Assembly: GCA_905478415.1 (NCBI GenBank)
Contig: CAJQIG010000004.1
Span: 139,523-203,522, forward strand
From: an uncultured Patescibacteria group bacterium
GTDB taxonomy: Bacteria; Patescibacteriota; Microgenomatia; UBA1400; PJMF01
DNA length: 64,000 nucleotides
Direction: 5' to 3'
Below are positions 19,765-28,836 of this stretch, piece by piece; the first letter of the stretch is position 1; each line of letters starts with the position of its first letter. Position numbers and translations under genes: made by a program. The notes beneath the pieces are model-generated. The model had not been told where the DNA came from, ran no database searches, and saw nothing but the letters and a program-made list of their open reading frames with translations.

Positions 19765-21281
19765 AAACTATTATTTATTGTCGTAAATCAACTGAAGAAG
19801 ATTCTAGACAAACTCAATCTCTTGGTACTCAACAACGTTTGTTAATTGATCTAGCCACTCGTGAGAATTTGGAAGTTGTTGATATTGTTAAAGAATCAAA
19901 AAGTGCTAAAGAAGATCATAATAGACCTTTGTTTGCCAACATGTTGGAAAGAATACAAAATGGTGAGGCTGATTCGATCTTAGTTGTTCACACTGATCGT
20001 TTGGCTAGAAATCTAATCGATGCTGGATATATTATTAAGTTGATAGAACAAGGATTCTTAAAAGAAGTACGTACGTTAACAAATGTCTTTTTTGATGCTC
20101 CATCTTTAACATACATGGGTTTTGATTTTGTTTATGCTGCCCATTATTCAAGAGACCTATCTGTAAAAGTTAAAGCCGGTAATGAAAGTAAAGTGCTAAA
20201 AGGAGAATATCCAAGCTATGCTCCAATTGGATACATAAATATAAAGCCAGGTAAAGGTATTAAGCCAGATCCAATCAGAGCACCATTTATTACAAGAGCA
20301 TTTGAACTATTTGCTACTGGTGAATACTCAGTTAAAACTCTAGCTAAAAAATTGGCTAGTGAAGGATATAGATCAAGAAGTGGTAAAAAAGTTGCTACCT
20401 CTAGTTTACATAGACAAATAACTAATCCTGAATACTATGGTGTTATTCGAAGAGATGAAAAACTATATCCTGGAAATCATAAACCTTTAATATCCAAACA
20501 ATTATTTGATGAAGTTCAAAAAAGGCTTGCAAATAAAAGTAGGCCAAAAAAGCAAAAGTATAATTTTGTTTTCAGAGATTTTCTAACATGTGGTGAATGT
20601 GGTTGTAAAGTTACTGCTGGAATTACTAAAGGAAAATATATTTATTACAGATGTACAAATGGAAAAGGTAAATGTACTCAACATAAAAAATATAGAAGTA
20701 AACAAAAAGTTACAGATGTATTTCAGGAATTTTTTGGAGGTTTCACTCTCGATCCAGAAAGAGCAAACAAATCATTTAATTTATATAAAGATTCATTAAT
20801 AAAAGAAGATAATTATAAAAAAGATAGTAAAGACGCAATTAAGCAACAAATCGCAAATCTAAAAAGAAAATTAATAAGGATTGAGGATATTTATATTGAT
20901 GAACAAATTTCTTTTGATCGTTATAACGAAAGAAAAACTGAATTTGAAAATGAACTTGCTCAATTAAAAGTTTTATCTAAACAAAAAAATAATGTGGGGA
21001 CTCTAGAAACTTTGGAACTTGTTGAAGAAGTAAAAAATAGCTCGGTACAGCTGTCTAAAATTTTTGAAGAAGGAGATGACGAGGTAAAAAGAGATTTATT
21101 AAAATCTGTACTTTGGAACTGCGAATTTAAAGATGGAAAAATTACTTCTACCAGACTAACTAAATTGTGGAAACCACTTGAAAATCTTAATGATTCTCAC
21201 AATTTAGAAAAATGGCGGAGGGAGCGGGATTCGAACCCGCGGTATCTTGCGATACGGCAGTTTAGTAAACTGCTGCACTAG
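19761..21281 (+). CDS. large serine recombinase (integrase); last ~23 codons read through the adjacent tRNA gene
   Basis: N-terminal resolvase domain IIYCRKSTEEDSRQTQSLGTQQ; recombinase domain; Cys zinc ribbon CGECGCK...YRCTNGKGKC. Confidence 0.85.
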   Translation: MKTIIYCRKSTEEDSRQTQSLGTQQRLLIDLATRENLEVVDIVKESKSAKEDHNRPLFANMLERIQNGEADSILVVHTDRLARNLIDAGYIIKLIEQGFLKEVRTLTNVFFDAPSLTYMGFDFVYAAHYSRDLSVKVKAGNESKVLKGEYPSYAPIGYINIKPGKGIKPDPIRAPFITRAFELFATGEYSVKTLAKKLASEGYRSRSGKKVATSSLHRQITNPEYYGVIRRDEKLYPGNHKPLISKQLFDEVQKRLANKSRPKKQKYNFVFRDFLTCGECGCKVTAGITKGKYIYYRCTNGKGKCTQHKKYRSKQKVTDVFQEFFGGFTLDPERANKSFNLYKDSLIKEDNYKKDSKDAIKQQIANLKRKLIRIEDIYIDEQISFDRYNERKTEFENELAQLKVLSKQKNNVGTLETLELVEEVKNSSVQLSKIFEEGDDEVKRDLLKSVLWNCEFKDGKITSTRLTKLWKPLENLNDSHNLEKWRRERDSNPRYLAIRQFSKLLH

Positions 21282-21300
21282 GCCACTATGCGACCCCTCC
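21213..21300 (-). tRNA. tRNA, Ser-type (long variable arm, encoded CCA); anticodon loop UUACUAA so the apparent anticodon is ACU
   Basis: folded by eye: acceptor GGAGGGG/CCCCTCC, anticodon stem GCAGT/ACTGC, T-arm GGGTTCGAATCCC. Confidence 0.6.
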
Positions 21301-21363
21301 TGACCCAAAATGTTGAGCGATTCACATTATATCACCTAGATCAAATTCTTAAGGCTGCGAGAA

Positions 21364-21633
21364 TTATTTGTCTTTACCTTCTGCTTCACGCTCCATCTTT
21401 TCAAGACGGACATAGTAATCACCGAACTCATTGAGATGAGCGAGGGCAATCTTAGCAGTGATGATAGGATCATCTTGCGTCACATTTGTCATTGGATCTT
21501 GCGAACCATGCTCAAGTTCCACCTTCATACCAGCAATGAGATCTAACGGTGTATAGGTGACTGTTGCCCAATCAATACCAATATCCTCAGCTATCTGCTT
21601 AACAGTGCCTTCGGACAGATCAAAGTTTTTCAT
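21364..21633 (-). CDS. small conserved hypothetical protein
   Basis: 89-aa ORF. Confidence 0.4.
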   Translation of the reverse strand: MKNFDLSEGTVKQIAEDIGIDWATVTYTPLDLIAGMKVELEHGSQDPMTNVTQDDPIITAKIALAHLNEFGDYYVRLEKMEREAEGKDK

Positions 21634-21685
21634 AGAATCCTCTCTTTTTACTTACCATTTCTAAGCTAGTACTATAAAAATAGTA

Positions 21686-21970
21686 TTATTTTTTAACTTT
21701 TTCTAGAGTTTTTCCAATTAATAAACCAATCAAGAGAAATATACTAATCGTTATAATAGAACCAAGAAAATCACTCATCGGACAAAATGAGCTTTTCCAT
21801 GAGCAACCACCCACACCAATGATTTGTAATACTAAACTCGGTATTCCAAAGAGAAAAAATGGATCATGGTTCATTGTCGAAAAATATGACTGAAGCAAAG
21901 ATCCAACTAATCCAATTAGACCTCCTATAATTGCCCCTTTAGTTTGATACTTTGAAATTTTTAATGACAT
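21686..21970 (-). CDS. small membrane protein
   Basis: 2-3 TM helices. Confidence 0.4.
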   Translation of the reverse strand: MSLKISKYQTKGAIIGGLIGLVGSLLQSYFSTMNHDPFFLFGIPSLVLQIIGVGGCSWKSSFCPMSDFLGSIITISIFLLIGLLIGKTLEKVKK

Positions 21971-22034
21971 AAAATTAGTAGTATCATTATAACTCTATTA
22001 CTAAGTTGCGGAAGCGTGTGCGCCAAATTAAAAT

Positions 22035-22616
22035 CTATTTTGTAACAAATACGTCCATTAGCGCATCAAATCTTTTCTGAACTTCTTTTTTTTCATCCTC
22101 AAAAAATATTTTTCTATTAAAATCACGATCTAATTTTTCTGTAACCCAAGATAGGAACTCTTCATACGTTTTTCCTTCTGGGATGTGCTTCCATGTAAAT
22201 TGCAAATAAAAATCAGTAGTTAAATGAGCTAAAGCATCTGCTGTGGCTAAAACCTGAGCTTCTTTTTTTCTAGGAGGTTCATCGTCTGGCCGACAAGAAT
22301 GTGGGGCTATCACTTCTTTCAATACTACTTCAATTTCACTTTCAGAATAACCTGATTTTGAAAGCAACTCACGAGCTTTTGTTTCAGAAACTTCTTCATG
22401 GCTGTCAGCAAATCTGTACATAAATGCGTCACCAAAGTCATGTAACAATGCTCCTGCAACGGCTATGTCTAGGTCAGCACCATATCTTATTGATAATTCT
22501 TCTGCTTTCTGTGCAACAACCGGAACATGATTCTTCCACATCCATTTTCCGAAATCTTCAGTACAAGCTAAATATGCTTCTTCTACCAATTGTGCCACTT
22601 TTTGGTGTCTACTCAT
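22035..22616 (-). CDS. HD-domain phosphohydrolase
   Basis: H...LHDFGD motif. Confidence 0.6.
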   Translation of the reverse strand: MSRHQKVAQLVEEAYLACTEDFGKWMWKNHVPVVAQKAEELSIRYGADLDIAVAGALLHDFGDAFMYRFADSHEEVSETKARELLSKSGYSESEIEVVLKEVIAPHSCRPDDEPPRKKEAQVLATADALAHLTTDFYLQFTWKHIPEGKTYEEFLSWVTEKLDRDFNRKIFFEDEKKEVQKRFDALMDVFVTK

Positions 22617-22618
22617 AA

Positions 22619-23122
22619 TTACATCTCCAATATAGGTTCTTCTCCGTCAGGAACATCAAATAGTTCTTGATTAAAGAACTTAATTTTCTTAGGAGTAATT
22701 TTATACATTTTACTAGAAATTATTTTCTTAGCCATATTTTCATAAGATAAAGACTCATCTGTAACACCTAGCTGTTGCTTCCAAAGGTGAAGTGAATGTT
22801 TTATTTTTACTACATCTGAAATCTGTTCTGCATGTCCATATAATTGGAGACCTTTTTTGTCTCCGGCTATACTTTGATTTGAGTTTGTTATTGCAACAGC
22901 AACTTGTGAATTTTCTTTTATTTGTTTGCAATGAATTGTTTTTGGAGAACTAAGAAAATATAGATTTAAATCTTGATCAAATGAATAGTAAACAGATGCT
23001 ATCCAAGGATGATTTTCTCCATAGGTAGCAACTTGCATTAAATTGTGTTGTTTTAAGTATTCGAGGATGTGTTTCTTTGTTAGTTTCATAGAAAATACAG
23101 GCTTTGGTTCTACAATTCCCAT
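22619..23122 (-). CDS. pyridoxamine 5'-phosphate oxidase-like FMN-binding split-barrel protein
   Basis: fold-typical sequence pattern (QVATYGENHPWIASVYY...). Confidence 0.45.
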   Translation of the reverse strand: MGIVEPKPVFSMKLTKKHILEYLKQHNLMQVATYGENHPWIASVYYSFDQDLNLYFLSSPKTIHCKQIKENSQVAVAITNSNQSIAGDKKGLQLYGHAEQISDVVKIKHSLHLWKQQLGVTDESLSYENMAKKIISSKMYKITPKKIKFFNQELFDVPDGEEPILEM

Positions 23123-23196
23123 ACCTATCCCAATTTTAACACATTTCTAGCCTGGAGTTCTGAATTGCGAGGGTTAGTGAACGATGTTCGAACCTT

Positions 23197-23784
23197 TTAC
23201 TCCAATGAAATCCAATATCTAAGCTTTTCAACTCCAGGATCTTGGCTTACTTTTTTTGCTGGTATTCCACCGCATTTCTCAATAATTTTTTTTGAAGCTA
23301 TGTGATCTTTGTCACAGGTGAGTAAAACTTTTTTTAATCCTAAGCCTTTTGCCTTTTCTAAACCCAGTTTAAGTATATTATACCCATAACCCGTTTTTCT
23401 TTTAGAAGGTCGAACATCATAGCCAATATGCCCACCTACTTTCCTAAGAAACTCAGTCATTTCATGACGAATATCCAATCTTCCAATAAATGCGTTATTA
23501 TCAATAAGCCAATATTCAGTTGCTGAAATATATCCTTTAAAAAGATTTTCTCCTCTAGATCTGCTTTTTATTTTTTCAACAAATGCTGAAAAGTCATTTT
23601 CAATTTCATTTTGATTAATTGATCTATAATGTTCGCGATCTTCATCTTTGTATTCTTTTAATGCATTAAGATAAGAATCCTTGTACTTACTATCAGGTAA
23701 AGTTAGTTTCATAATAATTAGAATTATATCAAATATTAGGTGTTTAAGATTTTTTATTAAGCATGCAAATTCGTAGATGTTCAC
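23197..23784 (-). CDS. GNAT family N-acetyltransferase
   Basis: acetyl-CoA binding motif (…GLGLKKVLLTCDKDHIASKKIIEKCGG). Confidence 0.6.
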   Translation of the reverse strand: MNIYEFACLIKNLKHLIFDIILIIMKLTLPDSKYKDSYLNALKEYKDEDREHYRSINQNEIENDFSAFVEKIKSRSRGENLFKGYISATEYWLIDNNAFIGRLDIRHEMTEFLRKVGGHIGYDVRPSKRKTGYGYNILKLGLEKAKGLGLKKVLLTCDKDHIASKKIIEKCGGIPAKKVSQDPGVEKLRYWISLE

Positions 23785-23803
23785 TTGAGGAATAATTGCG
23801 TTG

Positions 23804-23886
23804 CGGAGGTAGAGGGATTCGAACCCACGGATCCCGAAGGATCACGCTTTCCAAGCGTGTGCAATTGACCACTATGCGATACCTCC
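23804..23886 (-). tRNA. tRNA-Ser (anticodon GGA), no encoded CCA
   Basis: anticodon stem CACGC/GCGTG loop TTGGAAA; long variable arm. Confidence 0.8.
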
Positions 23887-23919
23887 ACTTTGGATAGCCG
23901 GATTATATACGGTTTTGAA

Positions 23920-24384
23920 CTAGATTTCTACCAACTTAACAGCTTCTATAACGAAAGGAGCACGTAAGATCTCTGGATGGGTTAGGAGTTCTTCCTTTGT
24001 ATACCAGTTGACTTCAAAAATATTTTCTTCAGCAGGGTTGTGAGAAAAGTCTAATTCTAAAGATCCAACAACCTTACATTGAAATCCAATACAGAGAATA
24101 TGAGTTTTCCATTGATCTAAAATAAATGACCACGTTCCAACTGGTTTTCCAGGAACTACTGTTAATCCAACTTCTTCTTTCACTTCACGAATTAAGGCCT
24201 CTTGAGCTGTCTCTCCAAACTCAATACCACCACCAGGGAAATCATGTATTATCTCTCCTGATGATGTCTTTTCAGTAATAACTAGGATTTTGCCATCATG
24301 CACTATCAGTGCTTTGGCACCAGGACGAATTTTTTTTGGAGTTTCTTTTTTCGGTAATTTGTTTTTTATAATTGGTATGGTCAT
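23920..24384 (-). CDS. NUDIX hydrolase
   Basis: Nudix box PGGGIEFGETAQEALIREVKEEVGL. Confidence 0.75.
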   Translation of the reverse strand: MTIPIIKNKLPKKETPKKIRPGAKALIVHDGKILVITEKTSSGEIIHDFPGGGIEFGETAQEALIREVKEEVGLTVVPGKPVGTWSFILDQWKTHILCIGFQCKVVGSLELDFSHNPAEENIFEVNWYTKEELLTHPEILRAPFVIEAVKLVEI

Positions 24385-24482
24385 CGATTCTTTCTTATCT
24401 AGAATTAGTATATACCAAGATACAAGTAGTTACTGTGTAATTGGAATGGTATAATTCGATCCGTAGTGCATAATTTGCACCT

Positions 24483-24568
24483 GGAGGCATCGCATAGTGG
24501 CCAATTGCACAAGATTGCTAATCTTGACCGATTTTTCGGTTCGTGGGTTCGAATCCCACTGCCTCCGC
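24483..24568 (+). tRNA. tRNA-Ser (anticodon GCU), no encoded CCA
   Basis: anticodon stem CAAGA/TCTTG loop TTGCTAA; long variable arm. Confidence 0.8.
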
Positions 24569-24739
24569 AACAAGTGAAAAGTTCTGGTAGACCCGTCTAA
24601 TATGCTTGAATGAGTTGATGGAGCTTGCTTAATTTTAGCTATTTTCAACATTTTTCAGTTTTAAAGCCTTTTTAAAAAAATATACATACAATATTTTTGA
24701 ACACACTATTTTCAATATAACTTAGTAACCCATGGTAAA

Positions 24740-25228
24740 ATGATAGTTATGAAAACAAGAAAAGCAAAAAAATCAGATAAAAATGAAGTTTTAAATTTAC
24801 TTGACGACTTTAGAGCTGATTGTATTGAACAGATAACTGGCAAATCAGCTACATCAACATCAGCAAAAACAGGTGGTGACAAACTCTTCACAAAACTTTT
24901 AGAGAGATCTGATTATTGCATACTGCTTTTAGTTAACTCTGATTCAGAAATTTCTGGAATTATAACTGGATACCTTTGTTCTATGCTTCGTAGTGGTGAA
25001 ATGAGAGCTGAAGTTGAAGAATTTTTTGTTAAAAAAGATAGCAGAGGTAATGGGAACGCTAATTTACTTATGGACTCATTCTTTTCATGGTGTAAATCTA
25101 AGAATGTTACTAAAGTTAATCTAGAGTCAGATAATGATTTAGGCCGTGCACATAGTTTTTACAAAAAATATGGTTTTGAAACATCAGCTCAGAGATTTGT
25201 GAAGAAGATAAACTATGAAAACACTTGA
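24740..25228 (+). CDS. GNAT family N-acetyltransferase
   Basis: R..G.G.A motif region RGNGNANLLM. Confidence 0.6.
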   Translation: MIVMKTRKAKKSDKNEVLNLLDDFRADCIEQITGKSATSTSAKTGGDKLFTKLLERSDYCILLLVNSDSEISGIITGYLCSMLRSGEMRAEVEEFFVKKDSRGNGNANLLMDSFFSWCKSKNVTKVNLESDNDLGRAHSFYKKYGFETSAQRFVKKINYENT

Positions 25229-26123
25229 ACAATTCACCTATAGAAATGAGACTCTTGCTACACATTTCATAGAATCTTCAGAAGTTTTTCCAGGAGTTGT
25301 ATGTGATGTTTACTCGCATCCGGAAACAAAAGAAAGAGATTTGGGAGTTATTTACATCGAAGCAGGTAAAAAAACCCAACCACAAAAGGTTGTTGGAGGT
25401 AAGGAGACAACAGAAGGATATATCTCTGGAAGAGGAATTTTACTTATTCTAAAACCGGATGGCACAAAAATAGAGTTTGAAGTTGGCCCAGAAAATGAAG
25501 GCTTTGCACACACCATTGAAGTCGGCGACATCATACAGTGGCAAGCAGTGGAAGATTTAGTAGTTTTTGAAGTTTGTTTTCCACCATATGAGGATGGTAG
25601 ATTTGAGAATTTAAAACAACGGGGTTTGACAGACCGTATTGAACTAAAGTCAGACGAAGATACCGTTGAGCTGAAAGAGTTAGTCCCAGAAGATGCTGAG
25701 TTCTACTTTAGCTTAATTAATGCAGATAAGGAACATCTTAGTCAAAATGGAGATATAACTGCAAAAAAATATTCATCTGTTGAAGCTGTGAGTGAGAGTA
25801 TTATTGATCCTCAAAATTTAGGTAAATTTAGATTTGGAATCTGGGATGGAAAAGAGATGGTTGGCTCTAACAATCTTAGATTAAAAGGAAATGATACAGC
25901 AGAGCTAGGATCTTGGATTGGTAAGGAAAAAACTGGAAATAACTATGCAGCTAGAGCAAGAACACTTTTAGTTGATTTCGCTTTCAACTATTTAGGTCTA
26001 AAAAAAGTAGTTTGTGAAATAATAGTAGGAAATAGAGCTAGTAGAAAATCAGTTGAAAAATCTGGGTTTGAGCTTACTGAAGAAAAAGATAAAAGATGGA
26101 TTTTTACTTTGGAAAGAAATTAA
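25215..26123 (+). CDS. two-domain protein with C-terminal GNAT (RimL-like) acetyltransferase domain
   Basis: C-terminal GNRASRKSVEKSGFELTEE. Confidence 0.5.
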   Translation: MKTLEQFTYRNETLATHFIESSEVFPGVVCDVYSHPETKERDLGVIYIEAGKKTQPQKVVGGKETTEGYISGRGILLILKPDGTKIEFEVGPENEGFAHTIEVGDIIQWQAVEDLVVFEVCFPPYEDGRFENLKQRGLTDRIELKSDEDTVELKELVPEDAEFYFSLINADKEHLSQNGDITAKKYSSVEAVSESIIDPQNLGKFRFGIWDGKEMVGSNNLRLKGNDTAELGSWIGKEKTGNNYAARARTLLVDFAFNYLGLKKVVCEIIVGNRASRKSVEKSGFELTEEKDKRWIFTLERN

Positions 26124-26467
26124 AGTGTTTTTCCTGACCATTCAATAAAATGCTGACAATACTGAAATTCGCCGAACTCACCTTGTTGCTGTGAGATAAA
26201 ATCCTTACAGCGATCTGTCTCTGCCCTGACTTCACCTTGTAAAACTTGTAAAGCTTCTAACTCTGCTGTATCAGCAGTAACCTTCTCTATTGCTTGAATA
26301 GCTTCTGTTCGCCAATTAGAGTACTGCACATACTTATAATACCCAAAAGCAGTCAGAAAAATAACAAAAGCAACAACGAAAAAGTAGAGTCCTCTTTTGA
26401 GAGTGTTAGCTTTTGAAGTTGTTGGCAACTCTTGTTGTTTGAGTGATGTTTCTTCTTGATTGTTCAT
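26120..26467 (-). CDS. membrane-anchored hypothetical protein
   Basis: one TM helix. Confidence 0.4.
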   Translation of the reverse strand: MNNQEETSLKQQELPTTSKANTLKRGLYFFVVAFVIFLTAFGYYKYVQYSNWRTEAIQAIEKVTADTAELEALQVLQGEVRAETDRCKDFISQQQGEFGEFQYCQHFIEWSGKTL

Positions 26468-26619
26468 ATCAATATACTATCAGTAAAATACTATTCTGAC
26501 TAATTGAATTTATCGAGTCAGTCAGAGCTGTGCAGCAACTAAAATTTTAGTTAAAGTAGTTAAAAAGATTGATATATGCAATAATGAACTAGTACCATTT
26601 TAAAAGAAAGTATAATTTT

Positions 26620-27183
26620 ATGTTAGATAAAATAATAAATGAAACAACAAAAGCAATAGTTGCTGCCGTAAAAGGCACTGACGATATTGTTTCTGCTTTA
26701 AGAGGTGCTGTTAAAAACCAAATAACCGGAGCTTTTAAAGATGTTAGTGAAGTCGGTGTTGTCGGGATGGACTCAGTCGCAAATATTGTTAAGGGTGGTG
26801 TTAAGAGCACGTCCGAAGTTGGTATTTCAGTGGTTGATGGGGCAAGAGCTTCTGTTCATGCAGCAATCACCGGAGTTTCAGATGTCGGTGGAGACATTAC
26901 GCTTGCTGCTAAGAGAGCAGCTAAAGCAGCAGTAACTATGGCTGCAGAACTTGGTAAAGATGTTGGAGCAGTTGCGGTCAGTTCTGTTGAAGGTGCACTC
27001 AAAGCAGCTGAAACCGTTGGAGTCGGTACAACTCAGGTCGTTAGCTCATCAGTGGTGGGTGCAGTCAAAGCTGCAGATGCTATCGGAACAGAAGCTGGTG
27101 CCGCGGTTAGAAAAGCATTACTATCTGCATCCTCTCTTCCTAAAGATGTTGTAGAGAAAGCAATAAGTGGAAGTCGCAAATAA
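26620..27183 (+). CDS. Ala/Val/Gly-rich protein built from ~13 consecutive 11-residue repeats (amphipathic-helix, LEA3/synuclein/perilipin-like periodicity)
   Basis: VGVVGMDSVAN/IVKGGVKSTSE/VGISVVDGARA/... exact 11-mer register read from translation. Confidence 0.6.
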   Translation: MLDKIINETTKAIVAAVKGTDDIVSALRGAVKNQITGAFKDVSEVGVVGMDSVANIVKGGVKSTSEVGISVVDGARASVHAAITGVSDVGGDITLAAKRAAKAAVTMAAELGKDVGAVAVSSVEGALKAAETVGVGTTQVVSSSVVGAVKAADAIGTEAGAAVRKALLSASSLPKDVVEKAISGSRK

Positions 27184-27202
27184 ACCTCTACAAAAAAATG
27201 GT

Positions 27203-28375
27203 TTATGCAATGTAGTAGCCTCGAGAAAATAAAATAAGCAACAGTACTTGCACTATAAGTAAGCTGCCGAAAAGGTACTTCCAAACACGAGCTCTTTTCT
27301 CAAAAAAACCAGAAAACGAAAGAAAAAGTGGAAAGACTGGTAACACATACCGAGGAAATCCACTTAAAGTACCAGAAAAAAGCGGTAAAAATAGCATACT
27401 GACTGCAAAGAGAAGATATGAAACTCGTATCTTTTGTTTCCAACTTAAGTAGACTCCCCAAACAGCCCATCCTAAAGTTGTAAATTCCAGCAAAGCTACC
27501 CAAAATTCGAACTGGTACAGAGAGACCGTTATAAAAATTTTAAGATACCGATAGACGGTAACTAGTGGAAACACTAGTCCAGCTACTTCTCGGCTATTTC
27601 CCAATGCCCCATGAGCGTGCACAAAATAAAGTGGATCTCCCCATGTCTGTAGGTTGTAGTAACTATAGAGAGCAAGTAAAACAGGAATACACCCAAACGA
27701 CAAAGCTTGCAAATGATCACGCCAATTGTATTTTTTACCTTGTATTTCTAAAGAAAAATATTCATATAAAAGTGGGATCACCAACAAGATCCCCGAAAGC
27801 CTTGTCACCGCTAAAAACATTGTAGCTACACTTGCCCAGAACCAACTTCTTTTTCGGGCAAAGTAAAGCACCGCCACACACAAAAGTAAGAAGAGACCTT
27901 CTGAGTATACCGCTGCAAAAAAGAATGCTGTAGGAAAAAGCAGCAAAAGCAACAATGTGTTCTGTGCTCTTTGCTTCGGAAAGTCGAGCAACAAAAGTTT
28001 ATATAACAATAAAAGTGCACCGAAAAAAAACAAACTACTAAGTACTACTCCCACCCAGAAAGGTATCTGACTGTAAGCAGTTATTGGTACCAACAACCCA
28101 AAAGGTGCTGAAAAAATACGAATTAAAAACGGAAAAAAAGGCATAAACCTACCCTCATCAATATAGCCACGCGAAGCAATTCCTAAGTAATGAATGCCAT
28201 CAAAATTTGCCCAGGAATACACAGCTGGATGTTTCAGTGCTCCAACTTGTTCAGTGTAATAAGAAAGTCGAGTAAAATCGGCATCTGCTCTAAAAGGAAG
28301 ATACATGCCTGCTAAGATAACGGGAATAACAAGCCACAGGCGCCAAGCTATACTAAAGGTAAGTAGTTTCTTCAC
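27203..28375 (-). CDS. polytopic membrane protein, likely GT-C-type glycosyltransferase (DUF2029/GT87-like)
   Basis: >=10 TM helices; N-terminal ...WANFDGIHYLGIASRGY motif. Confidence 0.4.
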   Translation of the reverse strand: MKKLLTFSIAWRLWLVIPVILAGMYLPFRADADFTRLSYYTEQVGALKHPAVYSWANFDGIHYLGIASRGYIDEGRFMPFFPFLIRIFSAPFGLLVPITAYSQIPFWVGVVLSSLFFFGALLLLYKLLLLDFPKQRAQNTLLLLLLFPTAFFFAAVYSEGLFLLLCVAVLYFARKRSWFWASVATMFLAVTRLSGILLVIPLLYEYFSLEIQGKKYNWRDHLQALSFGCIPVLLALYSYYNLQTWGDPLYFVHAHGALGNSREVAGLVFPLVTVYRYLKIFITVSLYQFEFWVALLEFTTLGWAVWGVYLSWKQKIRVSYLLFAVSMLFLPLFSGTLSGFPRYVLPVFPLFLSFSGFFEKRARVWKYLFGSLLIVQVLLLILFSRGYYIA

Positions 28376-28458
28376 CTTCTTACTATCTCATAAATATCCC
28401 CGCTATGAAATACTTCTCTTCTCTATAAATTTTGATGAGACTGGGTTAGACTATTTGT

Positions 28459-28833
28459 ATGAATGTTCAAAAAAACACCCCCATTGCCGTTGTTGGCGTC
28501 TCCAATAACCCAGAAAAATATGGTCATCGAGTTTTCAAAGACTTACTCCACGCTGGATACACCGTTACTGGCATTAATCCCAAAGGAGGAACCGTTGAAG
28601 GTGAAACATTGGTCACCTCCCTAAAAGAACTTATTCCTAAGCCTGAACTTGCCCTGATTGTTGTTCCTCCTGAAATAGCACTTGAAGTGATTAAAGAATG
28701 TCACACGCTTGGGATCAAAAACGTCTGGATGCAACCAGGGGCACAATCAAAGGAAGCAAAAAAATTTGCAGACGAAAATAAAATTGAATTAACTGCTAAT
28801 GCTTGCTTTATGGTTCACAAACATCTTTGGTAA
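28459..28833 (+). CDS. CoA-binding domain protein (YccU-like)
   Basis: IAVVGVSNNPEKYGHRVFKDLLHAGYTV. Confidence 0.65.
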   Translation: MNVQKNTPIAVVGVSNNPEKYGHRVFKDLLHAGYTVTGINPKGGTVEGETLVTSLKELIPKPELALIVVPPEIALEVIKECHTLGIKNVWMQPGAQSKEAKKFADENKIELTANACFMVHKHLW

Positions 28834-28836
28834 TTG

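Larger units (their letters stand above)
15631..21300. mobile_element. integrated AT-rich element: att-like relic / ABC ATPase + small gene / hairpin locus / Rep / large serine recombinase / tRNA
   Basis: recombinase gene overlapping tRNA 3' end; RCR Rep; att-like tRNA-end relic at other side; ~30% GC vs ~42-50% in flanks. Confidence 0.5.

Noticed and set aside
21213-21281. Last 23 codons of the serine recombinase ORF
   Set aside because: They are encoded by the tRNA gene sequence on the opposite strand. This is probably read-through to the first available stop rather than a functional extension. The recombinase call is kept, but its C-terminal boundary is treated as uncertain.
24430-24651. 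73-aa ORF on the - strand
   Set aside because: It overlaps the tRNA-Ser(GCU) gene. Spurious.
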